A stretch of DNA of 40,095 nucleotides, taken from a virus (lineage: Duplodnaviria > Caudoviricetes). Shown in pieces: positions 7,090 through 17,844 of the stretch; position 1 is the first letter of the stretch, and the number at the start of each line of letters is the position of its first letter. The position numbers and the translations under genes are program-made. The stretch is from positions 1-40,095 of the IMG/VR virus record IMGVR_UViG_3300049049_000213, one strand, 5' to 3'. The notes below the pieces were generated by a model. It was not told the origin of the DNA. It searched no databases and worked only from the letters and a program-made list of their open reading frames with translations.

Positions 7090-9185
7090 TGGGGCATCTC
7101 CTCTTCGTCAGGCTCGAAAGTGAACGACGGCGCCGACGTCTCTTCGGGCGCGCGCGGAGCGTCAGAACTCGCCTCGTCCGCCGCGATCGCAGGGGCCGCG
7201 AGGCGCCCTCCGCGCTCGAGTAGCCATCGCACCGCGGGCTCCCCGAGACGCGCCGTGAGGTCGTGCGGGTACTGCTCGGCCATCGAGACGAGCGCCGAGA
7301 GCGCCGAAGCGCGCAGCCGCGGCTCGACGCCCCGGATGACGCGCTGCACGGCGGCACCGCCGATGCCGCCCACGACACCGCCCACAGCAGCGCCGGGAGG
7401 GCCGGCGAGCGCGGACCCGATGGCCGCGCCTGCCGGCACGCCGGCCGCCATGCCGCCGACCTGCTCGGAGAAGCCGAACAGCCGGTTGCCCGCGAGCCGC
7501 TCTTCGCCGCGCCGCGCGTTCTCGAGCGCCGTGTCGAGAACGGCGTACTGCTGGCGCGCCTGCCGGTAGCGCCCCACCGGGTCATCGCCGAGTCGCTGCG
7601 CCGCCGCTGCAGCGTCGGGCTCGAGCACGCTGCGGAACGCGCCGCCCTCGGCCGCCCCGGAGAGCTGCGCCTCGATCGCGTCGTCGTATGCGCCGCGGAG
7701 CTCGCGATCGATCATCCGCTGGCCGCGCTGCCCGAGGGACACGTCGGCGCCAGCGCGCGTGCGCCACGCGCCACGGTCGCGGAGGTTCGCGAGGTCCTCC
7801 ATCAGCGCCTCGAAGTCGACGGGCGCATCGGGCGAGCGCATCCCCTCGAGCGCAGTGCGCGCTCCGGTCGCCTCGTCGAGCTGCCCGCCGTAGCGCTCGG
7901 CGAAGTCTTCGAGTACGCCGCGCGTCTCGACACCCGTGGGCGACGTCATGCCCTGCGCGCGCTGACGAAGCCGCTCGGCGATCTCGGTGCCCGTCGGCCC
8001 GCGCATACCCATCGCGGTCCGCACGTCGTCCATGACGCCCGTCGCGCCCTCGCGCGCCTGCTCGATCGCACGCCGGGTCGACTGCATGCCGCCCGCGGCC
8101 GGCACGGCTTGCGTGTCGCGGAGCACCTGCGCGGCGCGTCCGCGGCTCGCCATGATCTGGTCGTGCGTGTCGCCGAAGTCGAAGGCGCGCACGCTCGCGC
8201 TGTCGCCGCTGCCCGTGCCCGTCGCCGCGAGCAGCGCGTCGTCAGCCGCCGCACGCCGAGCCGCGACGTCACGAGGCGCCCGCGAGGGCCCGCGAGCGAC
8301 CGCCCCGAGCGCGTCGCTGCCGGCCTGCCCGACGAAGCCAGAGAGCCCGCCCAACGCGGCGCCCTCGACGGTGTCCGCGAAGGCTGCGCTGGGGTCCTCG
8401 AGCACGTCCGTGTCGCTCGCACCGAACGCGCCCATCGCGCCGAGCTGCGCGCCCTGACCCGTGGCGAGCGCGAGCCGCGCGCCCGTGCCGATGCCGGCGC
8501 TCGCCTGCCCAGCGCCCGGGAGCGCCATCCACGGAAGCGTGCCGATCGCCTGCCCGAGCCCGGTCGCTTCCGGAGCCTGCGAGCGCGCCGAAGCTGCCCG
8601 CTCGCGGAGCGCATCGCGCGTCTCGCGGTAGTCGCCGCCGGTGAGCGCTGCGCCCGCGCCGGCCGCCTCGTCGAGGAAGCCGAGCGTCGCGGTGTCTGCC
8701 ACGCCGACGATGGGAGCCTCGCCGCGCCGGTCGCGGCCGACGATCGGAGCGATGGGGTTGCGCCCGCCCCAATCGGCACTCCCGAGGGTGAGTTGGTCTC
8801 GGAGGTTCCGCAGGCGCTCGCGCGAACGCTCCGCAGAGCGCGCGCCGTCGTCAGCGAGCGGGTTCGCGCCGCGCAGGGCGTCGCCGATAGCGCTCGTGTC
8901 CTGCATCTCCGAGGCGAGTCCGCGGCGCCGCTCGACGTCTGCGAGTTCGGCGCGCTCGTCGTCGGTCGGCTGCCAAGCGGGGCCCTTCGGGGCAGCGGCG
9001 ATCGGCGCGTCCGCATCGACCTCGTCGCCGAGCTCCACGCGCCCACCCTCGCCGCCCGAAACGGTGCCGGAGCCGTCCGCGGCGCCCTCGACGTCGATCT
9101 CGTCGAGGATGGTGCGACGGGTGCGCGCCGTGCGCGGCTCGCGCGGCTGCTCTTCGAGCTCGTCTTCGAGGAAGTCGAAAGGCAT
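7086..9185 (-). CDS. Ejection/internal virion protein 3
   Basis: Start MPFDFLED (TGATG overlap); ADTATLGFLDE motif; Gly/Ala-rich hydrophobic segments. Confidence 0.7.
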   Translation of the reverse strand: MPFDFLEDELEEQPREPRTARTRRTILDEIDVEGAADGSGTVSGGEGGRVELGDEVDADAPIAAAPKGPAWQPTDDERAELADVERRRGLASEMQDTSAIGDALRGANPLADDGARSAERSRERLRNLRDQLTLGSADWGGRNPIAPIVGRDRRGEAPIVGVADTATLGFLDEAAGAGAALTGGDYRETRDALRERAASARSQAPEATGLGQAIGTLPWMALPGAGQASAGIGTGARLALATGQGAQLGAMGAFGASDTDVLEDPSAAFADTVEGAALGGLSGFVGQAGSDALGAVARGPSRAPRDVAARRAAADDALLAATGTGSGDSASVRAFDFGDTHDQIMASRGRAAQVLRDTQAVPAAGGMQSTRRAIEQAREGATGVMDDVRTAMGMRGPTGTEIAERLRQRAQGMTSPTGVETRGVLEDFAERYGGQLDEATGARTALEGMRSPDAPVDFEALMEDLANLRDRGAWRTRAGADVSLGQRGQRMIDRELRGAYDDAIEAQLSGAAEGGAFRSVLEPDAAAAAQRLGDDPVGRYRQARQQYAVLDTALENARRGEERLAGNRLFGFSEQVGGMAAGVPAGAAIGSALAGPPGAAVGGVVGGIGGAAVQRVIRGVEPRLRASALSALVSMAEQYPHDLTARLGEPAVRWLLERGGRLAAPAIAADEASSDAPRAPEETSAPSFTFEPDEEEMPQ

Positions 9186-11455
9186 CAGTCGATCCTCGTT
9201 GCGCCGTCCCGCTCTGCTTCGCGGGCCCGCTCTTCGGTCACCCACCCAGTGCGCCCATCGCGCAGCCGGATGTGCACGCGCCCGGCGCGATCGGCGGGTG
9301 CGCCCTGGGTTTGCGCGCCACCCTCGGCCTGTGCAGGCGCTGCGGTGCGCGCAGGAGGAATCTGCCCGGCGAAGAGGCCGCGGACGAGACGGTCCTGCCC
9401 ATCGCGGTCGACGCCAAGCGTCACCGCCTGCGCGCGCACGCCGTCCTCGAGAATGCGGCGCCACTGTCCAAGCCGCTGCTCGAAGGTCCCGAACGCCATC
9501 TGCTCAAGGTCACCGGGGTTCGGGAGCGCCTGGTTGATGGTCGGCACCTCGGAAGGCGCGATGACGCCCGTCTCGCCCATCTGCGCGACCATCGCGCGGA
9601 GCAGCGTCAGCTCCGGAACGAGCGCGGCACGCGCCTCGGACGAAATCTGCCCGGCGCGGCCATACCGATCGCCGATCTCTCCAACGCGGCGGAGGCCAGC
9701 CGAGCTGCGCTGAGCGGACGCATACCCGCGACGCCACTGCGCGTCCTCGCCGGTGGCGATGTGGCCGCCCGCTCGGATGCCGCTCCCCGGGATGAGCTCG
9801 GGGCCCTGCGCGCGCGCATCACGCGCAACAGCGGCGCGCGCGTCGGTGCGATCAGCGCTTGCATCCGCGCGAGCGCTCGTGAGCCGGTCGGTGAGCAGCG
9901 ACTGTCCCGCTCGACGCACGCCTACCGCAGCGATCAGCGCATCCGCTTCCTGTTCCGCCGCGGCGCGCCGCTCGGGCGTTGCATCGGGCCCCGCGATCCG
10001 GTCGACGAGCGCAGCGCGCACCCCTGAGCGCGTCTGCGAGCCGCCGCCGCCAGCGCCGCCCGCCCCGGCACCGCCGCCGCGACGATGGAGGAGGTCGCGG
10101 AGCCATGCGGGCCCGCGCTGCTGCATGCGCTCCACATCATCGGCGCTCATCGAATCGAGCTGGTCGATCAGCGGCTGCACGCGAGAGCGATCACGGCCCG
10201 CGACGCCCTCGAGCAGCGCGCCGAGCTGCGCACGCGCGCGACCACTCTCAGGGCTCGCCGGGTCGCGCATGCGCTCAGCGAGCTCGCGTTCGCTGCGCTC
10301 GCCCGCGGCCTGCTCGCCGACGCGCGCAACCTGCGCCGCGCTCTGTGCGTCCTGCCGGTCGGCGGAACGCTCCGCGAGCGCCGCCTCACGCTCTGCCATC
10401 GAGCGGCGGAACGTCGACTCTTCGATCGCGCGTTGGTCGGCCGCGGCGCGGCGCGCTTCCTGCGCCTGCTGCGACGCCATCGCGCGCTCTTCACCGCGGG
10501 CGGCGCGCTTGTCGCCGAGCATCTGCCGCTGGCGCGCCTCGAGCTCCTCAGCCTCGCTGCGGAACTGCCGGTTCGGGGCGCGCCCGCCGAGCACACGGAG
10601 CGCGTTCGCGAGGCCGTGCAGCATGCGACGCGGAACGTCGCGACCACGCGCACCAGCGATGTCGCTCTCGCCGGGGATGAGGCCCTCGCCGCGTGCCTCG
10701 GCCGGCTTCGTGGCGCGCGAGACGGCCGCCTCCCCGTCGCCGCGGGGCGCGGGAGGCGCCACGGGTGAGCCGAGGTCGCGGGCGCGATCGACGGGCGCTC
10801 GGCCGGCGAGCTGCGCGAGCGCGCGGTCCTCGACACCAGCATCGGCCTGGGCCTGCGGCAGGTACTCGTCGGCCTGACGCTCATGCAGGCGCTCGGCGTA
10901 GCTGCTTGCATCCTCCGGCGTCTGGAACACGCCAAGGTGACGGCCCGTGCGGCGGTACGTGTCGAAGGTCTCCTCGTCCGACATCACGCGGCCGTCATCG
11001 CTGACAGTCGGCAACAGCACCTCGCCCTCGTCGGTGCCGAACGAGGCGCTACGCACCGTCGAGATGGAGCCGTCTGCGTTCCGCACGATCGGGCGGCTGT
11101 GCAGATCGATGTTTCCGGGACGGCGCTCGCCGATGAGCGCGCGCATGTCGGGCCGCGGCATCGCGAAGGTGGGCGAGGGACCGCGCTCGCCGCGTTGCGC
11201 GCGCTCAGGCGGGGCGCCGGTCGGCTGCCCAGGGACGACGGAGCCAGTAGCTCCGGTCCGCTGGGCGCCCCGAGCCGATGCCCACGTCGCGCCGGGCTGC
11301 GTCGGCGCGCGCGCCGCGCTCTCCTCGGGCGACATGCCCATCGGCTCGGGAGTGTCGCCGCGCAGCGCGTCGATCGCGCGCATGTCGACGTCGTCGAGGA
11401 TGGCTCGCGCCTCCTCGCGCTCGTCGTCGTCCAGGATGCCGTCGCTGCGTGCCAT
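9185..11455 (-). CDS. Ejection/internal virion protein 2
   Basis: 756 aa, helical and Ala/Arg/Gln-rich; podoviral position. Confidence 0.7.
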   Translation of the reverse strand: MARSDGILDDDEREEARAILDDVDMRAIDALRGDTPEPMGMSPEESAARAPTQPGATWASARGAQRTGATGSVVPGQPTGAPPERAQRGERGPSPTFAMPRPDMRALIGERRPGNIDLHSRPIVRNADGSISTVRSASFGTDEGEVLLPTVSDDGRVMSDEETFDTYRRTGRHLGVFQTPEDASSYAERLHERQADEYLPQAQADAGVEDRALAQLAGRAPVDRARDLGSPVAPPAPRGDGEAAVSRATKPAEARGEGLIPGESDIAGARGRDVPRRMLHGLANALRVLGGRAPNRQFRSEAEELEARQRQMLGDKRAARGEERAMASQQAQEARRAAADQRAIEESTFRRSMAEREAALAERSADRQDAQSAAQVARVGEQAAGERSERELAERMRDPASPESGRARAQLGALLEGVAGRDRSRVQPLIDQLDSMSADDVERMQQRGPAWLRDLLHRRGGGAGAGGAGGGGSQTRSGVRAALVDRIAGPDATPERRAAAEQEADALIAAVGVRRAGQSLLTDRLTSARADASADRTDARAAVARDARAQGPELIPGSGIRAGGHIATGEDAQWRRGYASAQRSSAGLRRVGEIGDRYGRAGQISSEARAALVPELTLLRAMVAQMGETGVIAPSEVPTINQALPNPGDLEQMAFGTFEQRLGQWRRILEDGVRAQAVTLGVDRDGQDRLVRGLFAGQIPPARTAAPAQAEGGAQTQGAPADRAGRVHIRLRDGRTGWVTEERAREAERDGATRID

Positions 11456-11461
11456 GCGCCC

Positions 11462-12586
11462 TCAGAGGTCGTCGAGCAGTTCGCCGGCCGCGGAGATGAT
11501 CCCCTTGGCGTTCTCGTCGTTGCGCGCAGCCTCGCCGGAACGTCGCGAGACGTCCGTCGAGTACTGGCCCGTCTTGCCGGCGGTCTGCCGCTCGCGGCGC
11601 TGCTCGGCGTAGCGGCGAGCCTCGCTCGTGCTCTCGCGCGAGCGGTTGCGCCAGACGTTGTTGCGCTGCTCGCGGTCGCGCGAGTAGTCGGTATTCCAGC
11701 GGTTGAAGTCGCTCTGCGCTTCGCGAATCTGGCCGCCGAGTTGCCCGGAGCGCGAGAGCGCTTCCATCGCGCGCCGCTCCGCGACCTGCTGCATGTTGAG
11801 CTCGCGGTTGGCGAGCATGTCGGCGCCGCTCTGCTGCGCTGACATCATCGCGCCGATCGAGGCGCCCGAGCCGCCGAGACCGCGCGCACGAAGCTGGCTC
11901 ATGTCCGCTTCGCGCTGGGACCGCATCGCGCGGCCCATCTCCTGCTCGCCCTGCGTGAGGCGCGCTCGGTCCGCGCCAGTCAGCCCGCCGCTCTGGTAGA
12001 TGTCCTCGAGCCCGGCGAGCGCGCGCTCTTCGGCCGCCGTGTCGGGGCTCCAGTCGGCCCCGACGAAGCCCTCCTCCTGGTAGTCGACGTCGAGGTCTTC
12101 CGGCGCGTACCAGTAGTTCTCGAGGTCGTCCCAGAAACCCTCTTGGCGACGCGCCTCCTGCTCGGCGTAGTAGGCGTCAGCGGGGCCGCCGACGATCGGA
12201 ATCCCGCGCGTGTCCTGCGCCCACTGTGGCGCCTCTCCACCGCCGTCCGCGCCGCCCGCGCCTCCGCCACCGCCGCTGCCAGGCCGGCGCATCGGCTCAC
12301 GACCGGCATCGAGGTCGCGCGTGCGCTGCCCGCTCGACTGGTACTCGTCGTAATCGGACGCGTACTGCTCTTCGCCGCGGCGGCGCTGGAGCTCCTGAGC
12401 GTTCGCCTGCTCTCGCTCGCGCGTGAGCACCTCGTCTTCGGCCGCCGAAATCCACTCGTCGATCGACGCGCCGGTGCTGTCGTCGCGGCCGTCGCCGTTC
12501 TCGTCGACGAACGAGCGCCCCGTCTCCTGCTGGAGCCGGGTGATCGTGCGGACCGTGTCCTGCGAGAGGTTGCCCCAGCCAGCCAT
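11462..12586 (-). CDS. Ejection/internal virion protein 1
   Basis: Start MAGWGNL with SD GGAG; ARGLGGSGASIG and Gln/Arg-rich helices. Confidence 0.68.
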   Translation of the reverse strand: MAGWGNLSQDTVRTITRLQQETGRSFVDENGDGRDDSTGASIDEWISAAEDEVLTREREQANAQELQRRRGEEQYASDYDEYQSSGQRTRDLDAGREPMRRPGSGGGGGAGGADGGGEAPQWAQDTRGIPIVGGPADAYYAEQEARRQEGFWDDLENYWYAPEDLDVDYQEEGFVGADWSPDTAAEERALAGLEDIYQSGGLTGADRARLTQGEQEMGRAMRSQREADMSQLRARGLGGSGASIGAMMSAQQSGADMLANRELNMQQVAERRAMEALSRSGQLGGQIREAQSDFNRWNTDYSRDREQRNNVWRNRSRESTSEARRYAEQRRERQTAGKTGQYSTDVSRRSGEAARNDENAKGIISAAGELLDDL

Positions 12587-12588
12587 AC

Positions 12589-12960
12589 CTACTCCACCAC
12601 CGCGATCACGGCGTCGTAACGAGTGCTCGCGGCGAGCGCGTCGACCGCATGAATGCGCAGCGAGCCCGCGCCCTGCGCGTCCCACGTCACCGCGCCGCCC
12701 GTGATGACCTGCCCGTCCGCGGTGCCTTGCTCGACGGCACGCACCAGCACGACGCCGACCGGACGCAGCCCGATAGGCACGTCGATCGACGCGGGCAGCG
12801 CCGCAGTATCGATCACGACGTCCACCACGACGCGCATCTGCTCGCGCAGACGGAGCCCGCCGTTCAGCACCGTGCGCAGGTCGCGTAGGTACCCGTCGAG
12901 GTCGCGGGCGACCGCGTCCCACGCCATTCCCGGCAGGATTCGGAAGTCGCGCAGCCTCAC
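12589..12960 (-). CDS. Small tail protein (MRLRDFRILPG)
   Basis: GTGA overlap with the nozzle gene; only the C-terminal 123 aa of the listed ORF look coding. Confidence 0.65.
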   Translation of the reverse strand: MRLRDFRILPGMAWDAVARDLDGYLRDLRTVLNGGLRLREQMRVVVDVVIDTAALPASIDVPIGLRPVGVVLVRAVEQGTADGQVITGGAVTWDAQGAGSLRIHAVDALAASTRYDAVIAVVE

Positions 12961-15641
12961 TGGCGCACCCTCTCGCTCACGCCGTCGCCGACGAGCGCGA
13001 TGCCGTTGACGCGCCAGCGAATGAGCTCGCTGATCTCGAGGTACGGGTACAGATGCGCGCTGCGCGCGACGGCGCGCGGCACACCGAAGCGCAGCGGGCG
13101 CGTGTAGGCCGTCTCGAAGGCGGGCGTCGCGGTGAGCGTGCTCGCCGTGCTCGAGCGGTCGCTCGAGGCGCCCGCGACGATGCGCATCGCGTCGAAGCTC
13201 GGCCCGCTCGCGCTGTAGTCGCTGACGTCGAGGTGCACCTGCATCTCGCGAATGAAGCCGCCGACGCTCGCGGGGGAGACGCCGTGCCGCTGCCACTCGA
13301 TCACGGCCGGTGCGCCCTCGAAGCCGTTGAGGTTGCCGGTCGCGCCGATGGCCTGGTCGACCGTGATGAGGTGGTTCGAGCCGCTCACCTCGACCGCGAG
13401 CACGCGCGCTGCGCCGTCGCTGGACGAGACGAAATCGCCCGCCTTCGGGTCCCACTCGCCGAGGTTGGCCGTCGCGACGGTGATGGTCGTGCCGGCGATC
13501 GACCACGTCGTGATCGAATACGACGTGTCGTAGCCACGGGGCGTGCCCGAGATCGACGAGCGCACCTCGATCTTGGCGGGGCCCTGCCGCCCGTAGAGAA
13601 CGCGCTCGCCCTCGATGTCGTACCAGGGTCCGATCCACGGCGCGGCGCGGGTCCCGTCGATCGGCCACATGGACCACTCACGCGTGAGCAGGTGGAAGAC
13701 GTAGATGCGCGGCGAGTCGTCGGAGTTGGCGCCGACGAGGACGAGGCTCATGCGTGGCCACCGCACGACCCACGCGCCAGCCTGCGAGCTGTCGCTGGCG
13801 TCGTACTCGTCTTTCAGCGCCACGAGCTCGTCGCGGATGCGGCCCGCCGTGATGTCTTCGAGCACACCGCGGTCGCCCATCTCGAGCACGCCGCGGTCGG
13901 TCCACGCGTACGCGCGATCGTCGAGCACGGAGACCGCATCGCCGCGCACGAGACGCGCGTCGGAGACCTTGTCCACCGAGAAGAGCGGCCAGTTGCCGTA
14001 CACGCTCCAGATGCCGTCTTCCTTGAAGACGAGCATCCCGCCCGAGAGCGGCGCGAACGCGAGCACATGCGCATCCTCGCGGCCCATCTCGATCCAGTCG
14101 AAGAGCCGGAAGTGCTCAGGCTCGAGGGGCTTCGAGAACGCGATGCGGTTCGGCTTCGTCTCCTGCTCGCTGGTGAACGAGCCCGAGTAGGCTTCCCACG
14201 ACGCATCGGGGATGGAGCCCGCGTCGAACGTGAACGCGGTGTCGTCGGAGAGGTCGGTGCGCTGGAAGACGATGCGCGCAGGGCGCCCGGTCACGGCCGT
14301 CGACGCCTCCTCGACGACCTGCACGTAGAGCGTCGAACCGGAGTAGGCACTCACGGCGTAGGCCAGCGCGCGCGCGGTGCGGATGGCGTTGGAGTCGGCG
14401 CTTCCAGAGGTCGTTACCGCGTAGAAGCGGCTCGACGGCGTCGTTGCGCCGACGCGGCCGTAGTACTCGACGCCGTCGATCGTGACCGTGTCCGCGAACC
14501 CGAGGTCAGCGACCGCGCTCGTGATCAGAGCGTTGTTGGAGACGGTGAGCGTCGCGCCCGCGACGTTCGTGACCTTGGTACCGGCGGGGAACGCGCTGAG
14601 CGTGTCGTTCCACAGGAGCTGCCCCACGCGCACGTCGCTCTGCGGCGCAGGAAGCGTGAGCGTGTTGACGCCCGTGGTGACGGTGCAGTTGGCCACGCTC
14701 GACGGGGGCGGGTCCCAGATCGACACGAGGTCGACGACGAGCGTATGAGGCGCGCGCGTCGAGCCGCACCACAGCGAGTCTTGCCACGCCGCGAGCGCGA
14801 GACAGCGAGGAGGCCGGAGGTTCGCGCCCTCGATGCCCTCGCGCACGCTCGACGTGTAGAGCAGCTCACCGAGCATCGCGGTCGGCAGCGCGTCCTCGAT
14901 CGTCACGCTCTCGGCGGTGACATCGGCGCTCGTGATCGTGTAGCGCGCGGAGAGGTAGAGAACATCGCTCGGCGGCGACGTCGTGACCGTCTTGCTCCGG
15001 TAGATCTCGAGCGTGTCGCCCGCGGTGACGTAGCTCGGGAGCGGCACGAAGACGTTGACGCCATCGGCGCCCGCGGTCGTGTTCTGCACGCTCGCCCACG
15101 GTGTCGGCGCGCTGCGCGTCTCGACGTCGTTCGCGTCGCGCTTCACGAAGATGATGCGGTAAGCGACGTAGTCGTTGACCGCGAGCCACGTGCCGGAGCC
15201 GCCGATGCTCAGCGTCGGAGTGATCGGCTCGTGCATCCCGGCGTCAGCGGTCGCGGTGTCGCTCGAGGTCGAGATCTTCCGCACGCCCGAGTCGGTCGCG
15301 AAGTACGCGTTCGCGCGCACCTTGGCGACCTGCATGTTGCTGCGCGTCGTGTCCGTCGGGGTCGCGCCGCCCGTGAGCACCGAGGCCGACTTCTCGAGCG
15401 CCCACGTCGGGCCGCCGCTGTCGTAGGTGAGCGCGTAGATCGCGCCGTCGTGCGCGAAGACGCGGTGCACTTCCTTGGTGCTCGTCTTCGAGAACGGCAC
15501 GTTGAAGTTGGGCCGCGCGCTCGCCACGCCGGGCGCGTCGATGATGGCGTTCTCGCAGCGGCGCAGCGCGCCCGTCGGCGGGGCCGTCGCGTTGCCGTCA
15601 GTCGCGAGGCCGCGACACGGGATGATGCCGGAGACGCCCAT
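12957..15641 (-). CDS. Tail nozzle / DNA-stabilisation protein (beta-propeller-like)
   Basis: 894 aa; NRIAFS.P.EPEHF and MLVFKEDGIW blade-like motifs; follows the adaptor. Confidence 0.75.
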   Translation of the reverse strand: MGVSGIIPCRGLATDGNATAPPTGALRRCENAIIDAPGVASARPNFNVPFSKTSTKEVHRVFAHDGAIYALTYDSGGPTWALEKSASVLTGGATPTDTTRSNMQVAKVRANAYFATDSGVRKISTSSDTATADAGMHEPITPTLSIGGSGTWLAVNDYVAYRIIFVKRDANDVETRSAPTPWASVQNTTAGADGVNVFVPLPSYVTAGDTLEIYRSKTVTTSPPSDVLYLSARYTITSADVTAESVTIEDALPTAMLGELLYTSSVREGIEGANLRPPRCLALAAWQDSLWCGSTRAPHTLVVDLVSIWDPPPSSVANCTVTTGVNTLTLPAPQSDVRVGQLLWNDTLSAFPAGTKVTNVAGATLTVSNNALITSAVADLGFADTVTIDGVEYYGRVGATTPSSRFYAVTTSGSADSNAIRTARALAYAVSAYSGSTLYVQVVEEASTAVTGRPARIVFQRTDLSDDTAFTFDAGSIPDASWEAYSGSFTSEQETKPNRIAFSKPLEPEHFRLFDWIEMGREDAHVLAFAPLSGGMLVFKEDGIWSVYGNWPLFSVDKVSDARLVRGDAVSVLDDRAYAWTDRGVLEMGDRGVLEDITAGRIRDELVALKDEYDASDSSQAGAWVVRWPRMSLVLVGANSDDSPRIYVFHLLTREWSMWPIDGTRAAPWIGPWYDIEGERVLYGRQGPAKIEVRSSISGTPRGYDTSYSITTWSIAGTTITVATANLGEWDPKAGDFVSSSDGAARVLAVEVSGSNHLITVDQAIGATGNLNGFEGAPAVIEWQRHGVSPASVGGFIREMQVHLDVSDYSASGPSFDAMRIVAGASSDRSSTASTLTATPAFETAYTRPLRFGVPRAVARSAHLYPYLEISELIRWRVNGIALVGDGVSERVRQ

Positions 15642-16609
15642 CAGCGACCCCACCATCCGCGCTGGCCACCGCGCCCACGGAGCGCTCCGGAGCGCGAGAT
15701 GATGCGCGGCTTCCGGTCCGCGTTGCGCGGCTCGAGCACGTTGATCGCAGCCTCGCGGCGCGCGCGAAGGTCCGCCTCGGCGAGCTCGGCCCCGTCGCGG
15801 TCACGAAGCGCACCCATCGCGCGCCGGACGACCGCCGACACGAGCACCGGGTGCAGCTCTTGGGGGAGCGGCGGGTAGACCGTGCAGTCGCGCGGGACGA
15901 GGTAGTCGACGCGCGCGCCGTCGGTGCCGGACGTCGAGATGTCGTCGGTGTCGATCGACGACGTCGTGAAGACGACATCGAACGTGACGCCGCCGAGGTA
16001 GTTGTCGACGATGAGGTCTTCGTAGATAGCGGGGAACGGCGAGTCGCCGCGAACGATGTCGACGTAGGCGCCGATGCTGCGCACGGCGGACGGCGGCGCG
16101 GCGGAGAAGTAGAGCGTCGTCGCGCTCGCCGCCTGGTAGATGGCCGCCCCGCTCGAGACGGCGACCATGCGCGGAGGGCGCTTGTAGTAGCGGACGCGGA
16201 GCTTCGTCCCCGAGCTCGTCGGCGCGGTAGGCAGGACGATCTCGTCGTCCTCGAAGTAGTAGAAGACGCTCGCGGTGAGACCGCTGCTCGTCTGGTAGCG
16301 CCACGCCTCGAGCGGCGAGAGCTCCTGGGCCGGGCTCTCGTCGCCGTTCGTGTCGAGGTAGGTGATGCCGCGGACGCCGCGGGACAGCGCGCGCCGCGGG
16401 ATGCGGTAGCGCGTCGTCCCGACAACGAGCGGGATGTCCTCGACGGAGACGCGGTGCTCCTCGCGCGACGTCTTCCACAGGTCAGCGAGGAGCGTTGCGG
16501 CCTCCTCGTCAGCGAACGCGAGCAGGTCGGACGACGAGAGGTCGTGCGCGTCCGGGAGGAAGCCCGAACGACGTACCGCACTCAGAAGATCGTCCGTCGT
16601 CCAGGCCAC
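15641..16609 (-). CDS. Head-tail adaptor protein
   Basis: TTDDLLSAVRR...DLLAFADE, GTTRYRIP, LRVRYYKRP and PQELHPVLV pattern. Confidence 0.75.
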   Translation of the reverse strand: MAWTTDDLLSAVRRSGFLPDAHDLSSSDLLAFADEEAATLLADLWKTSREEHRVSVEDIPLVVGTTRYRIPRRALSRGVRGITYLDTNGDESPAQELSPLEAWRYQTSSGLTASVFYYFEDDEIVLPTAPTSSGTKLRVRYYKRPPRMVAVSSGAAIYQAASATTLYFSAAPPSAVRSIGAYVDIVRGDSPFPAIYEDLIVDNYLGGVTFDVVFTTSSIDTDDISTSGTDGARVDYLVPRDCTVYPPLPQELHPVLVSAVVRRAMGALRDRDGAELAEADLRARREAAINVLEPRNADRKPRIISRSGALRGRGGQRGWWGR

Positions 16610-16650
16610 CGCTCACCGCTCGTGTTCGTTGATGCTCTCGACGGGGCGCC

Positions 16651-16926
16651 TCACCGGAGCGCGCGCCGCATCATCTCGTCGAGGTCTTCGTCCTCGTTCT
16701 TGTGGAGGCCGCGTCCGAAGTTCTCGTTCGCCTGCCGGAAGTCCTGCCCAGCGGGCGCGGTCTCCTCGACCTCGTCGCCGTCCGGCTCCGCCTGGCCGAC
16801 GACCAGCGTGAAGCCCGCGCGTCGGTCCTCCGGCATGCGGTCCGCGAAGCGCGAGCCGCGAGCCCGACGAGAGAGGTCCTCGAGCGCCATGCGTTCGATC
16901 GCTTCGTCGTCGTCGGACTCGTACAT
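16651..16926 (-). CDS. Small acidic protein (MYESDDDEAIE)
   Basis: TGATG coupling; between decoration and adaptor genes. Confidence 0.65.
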   Translation of the reverse strand: MYESDDDEAIERMALEDLSRRARGSRFADRMPEDRRAGFTLVVGQAEPDGDEVEETAPAGQDFRQANENFGRGLHKNEDEDLDEMMRRALR

Positions 16927-17843
16927 CACGCCGTGCCCTCGCCGAGGTTGTAGGAGCGCGTCGCGAACGAGTTCGCGATCGTCAGCGTCGTGCTCGGCTG
17001 CGTGAGCCCAAACGCCGTGGCGTCGCTCGTCGCCAAGCGGATGTTCGTCGCGAGACGCGCATCGCACGTGTACGTGAGCGTCACCGTGCCGCTCGAAGCG
17101 CTCGCGGTGACGATGCCCGCGAGGCTGGTGCTCGCGTTGATGGCCGCCGCGAGCGCCACGGCGTCAGCCGTCGCGTCCGCGCCGATGTTGAACTCGTTCG
17201 CGACAGCGCCGCTCGCGCGCGCCGTGATGGTCACGCCGCCGATCGTGACGGTGTCCGCGGCCGTCAGGTTCGCGTGCGTGATGGCGATGGCGGCGGTGAC
17301 GCGATCGCTCGCATCCTTGCCGCCCGTGAGAGCGCCGACAGTGCCGATGCCTCCGCCCGTTCCATCGACGATCTCGATGGAGTTGCCGCGGGTACCCGTC
17401 TCGCGCGCGGTGACGATGACGCTGTTCGTCGAGCCAGACGCGACGACCCACCGCTTGAGCTGCGGATGCGTGTTGATGGCCTGGCGGATGTTCGTCGCCG
17501 CGGTGTTGTCGGTGCCGGATGCGTTGAACGTCTTGTCGCCATCCGCCGCGCCGCTCGAGACCGCAGTCACGCGGAAGCGGCCCACGGGCGTCACGAACTC
17601 GATGTACTCAGCGGCCGTGACAGACGCGCCCGTGATGGTGAGCGTCCGCGCTGCCGCGACGGGCGTGTGCTCGTCCACCGTGACTCGCAGGCGACCGCGG
17701 CCAGTGCCGGACGCGACGCGCGAGAGCAGGTTCACGAGCACGTTCGCTGCGAGCTGGGGAGCATCGGTGCTCGGGAGCGTCGCAGCGATCGCGTCGCCGC
17801 TCTGCTCGCCGAGCACGAGCTCAATGCGCAGCTTCGCGCTCAC
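16926..17843 (-). CDS. Capsid decoration/structural protein with two repeated domains
   Basis: Immediately after the capsid gene; two FN.G...A..I/L..AIN repeats. Confidence 0.7.
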   Translation of the reverse strand: MSAKLRIELVLGEQSGDAIAATLPSTDAPQLAANVLVNLLSRVASGTGRGRLRVTVDEHTPVAAARTLTITGASVTAAEYIEFVTPVGRFRVTAVSSGAADGDKTFNASGTDNTAATNIRQAINTHPQLKRWVVASGSTNSVIVTARETGTRGNSIEIVDGTGGGIGTVGALTGGKDASDRVTAAIAITHANLTAADTVTIGGVTITARASGAVANEFNIGADATADAVALAAAINASTSLAGIVTASASSGTVTLTYTCDARLATNIRLATSDATAFGLTQPSTTLTIANSFATRSYNLGEGTA

Positions 17844-17844
17844 C

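Noticed and set aside
16613-16654. 13-codon coupled micro-ORF (and a similar 11-codon one at 27395-27430)
   Set aside because: Too short to support; possibly just coupling spacers.
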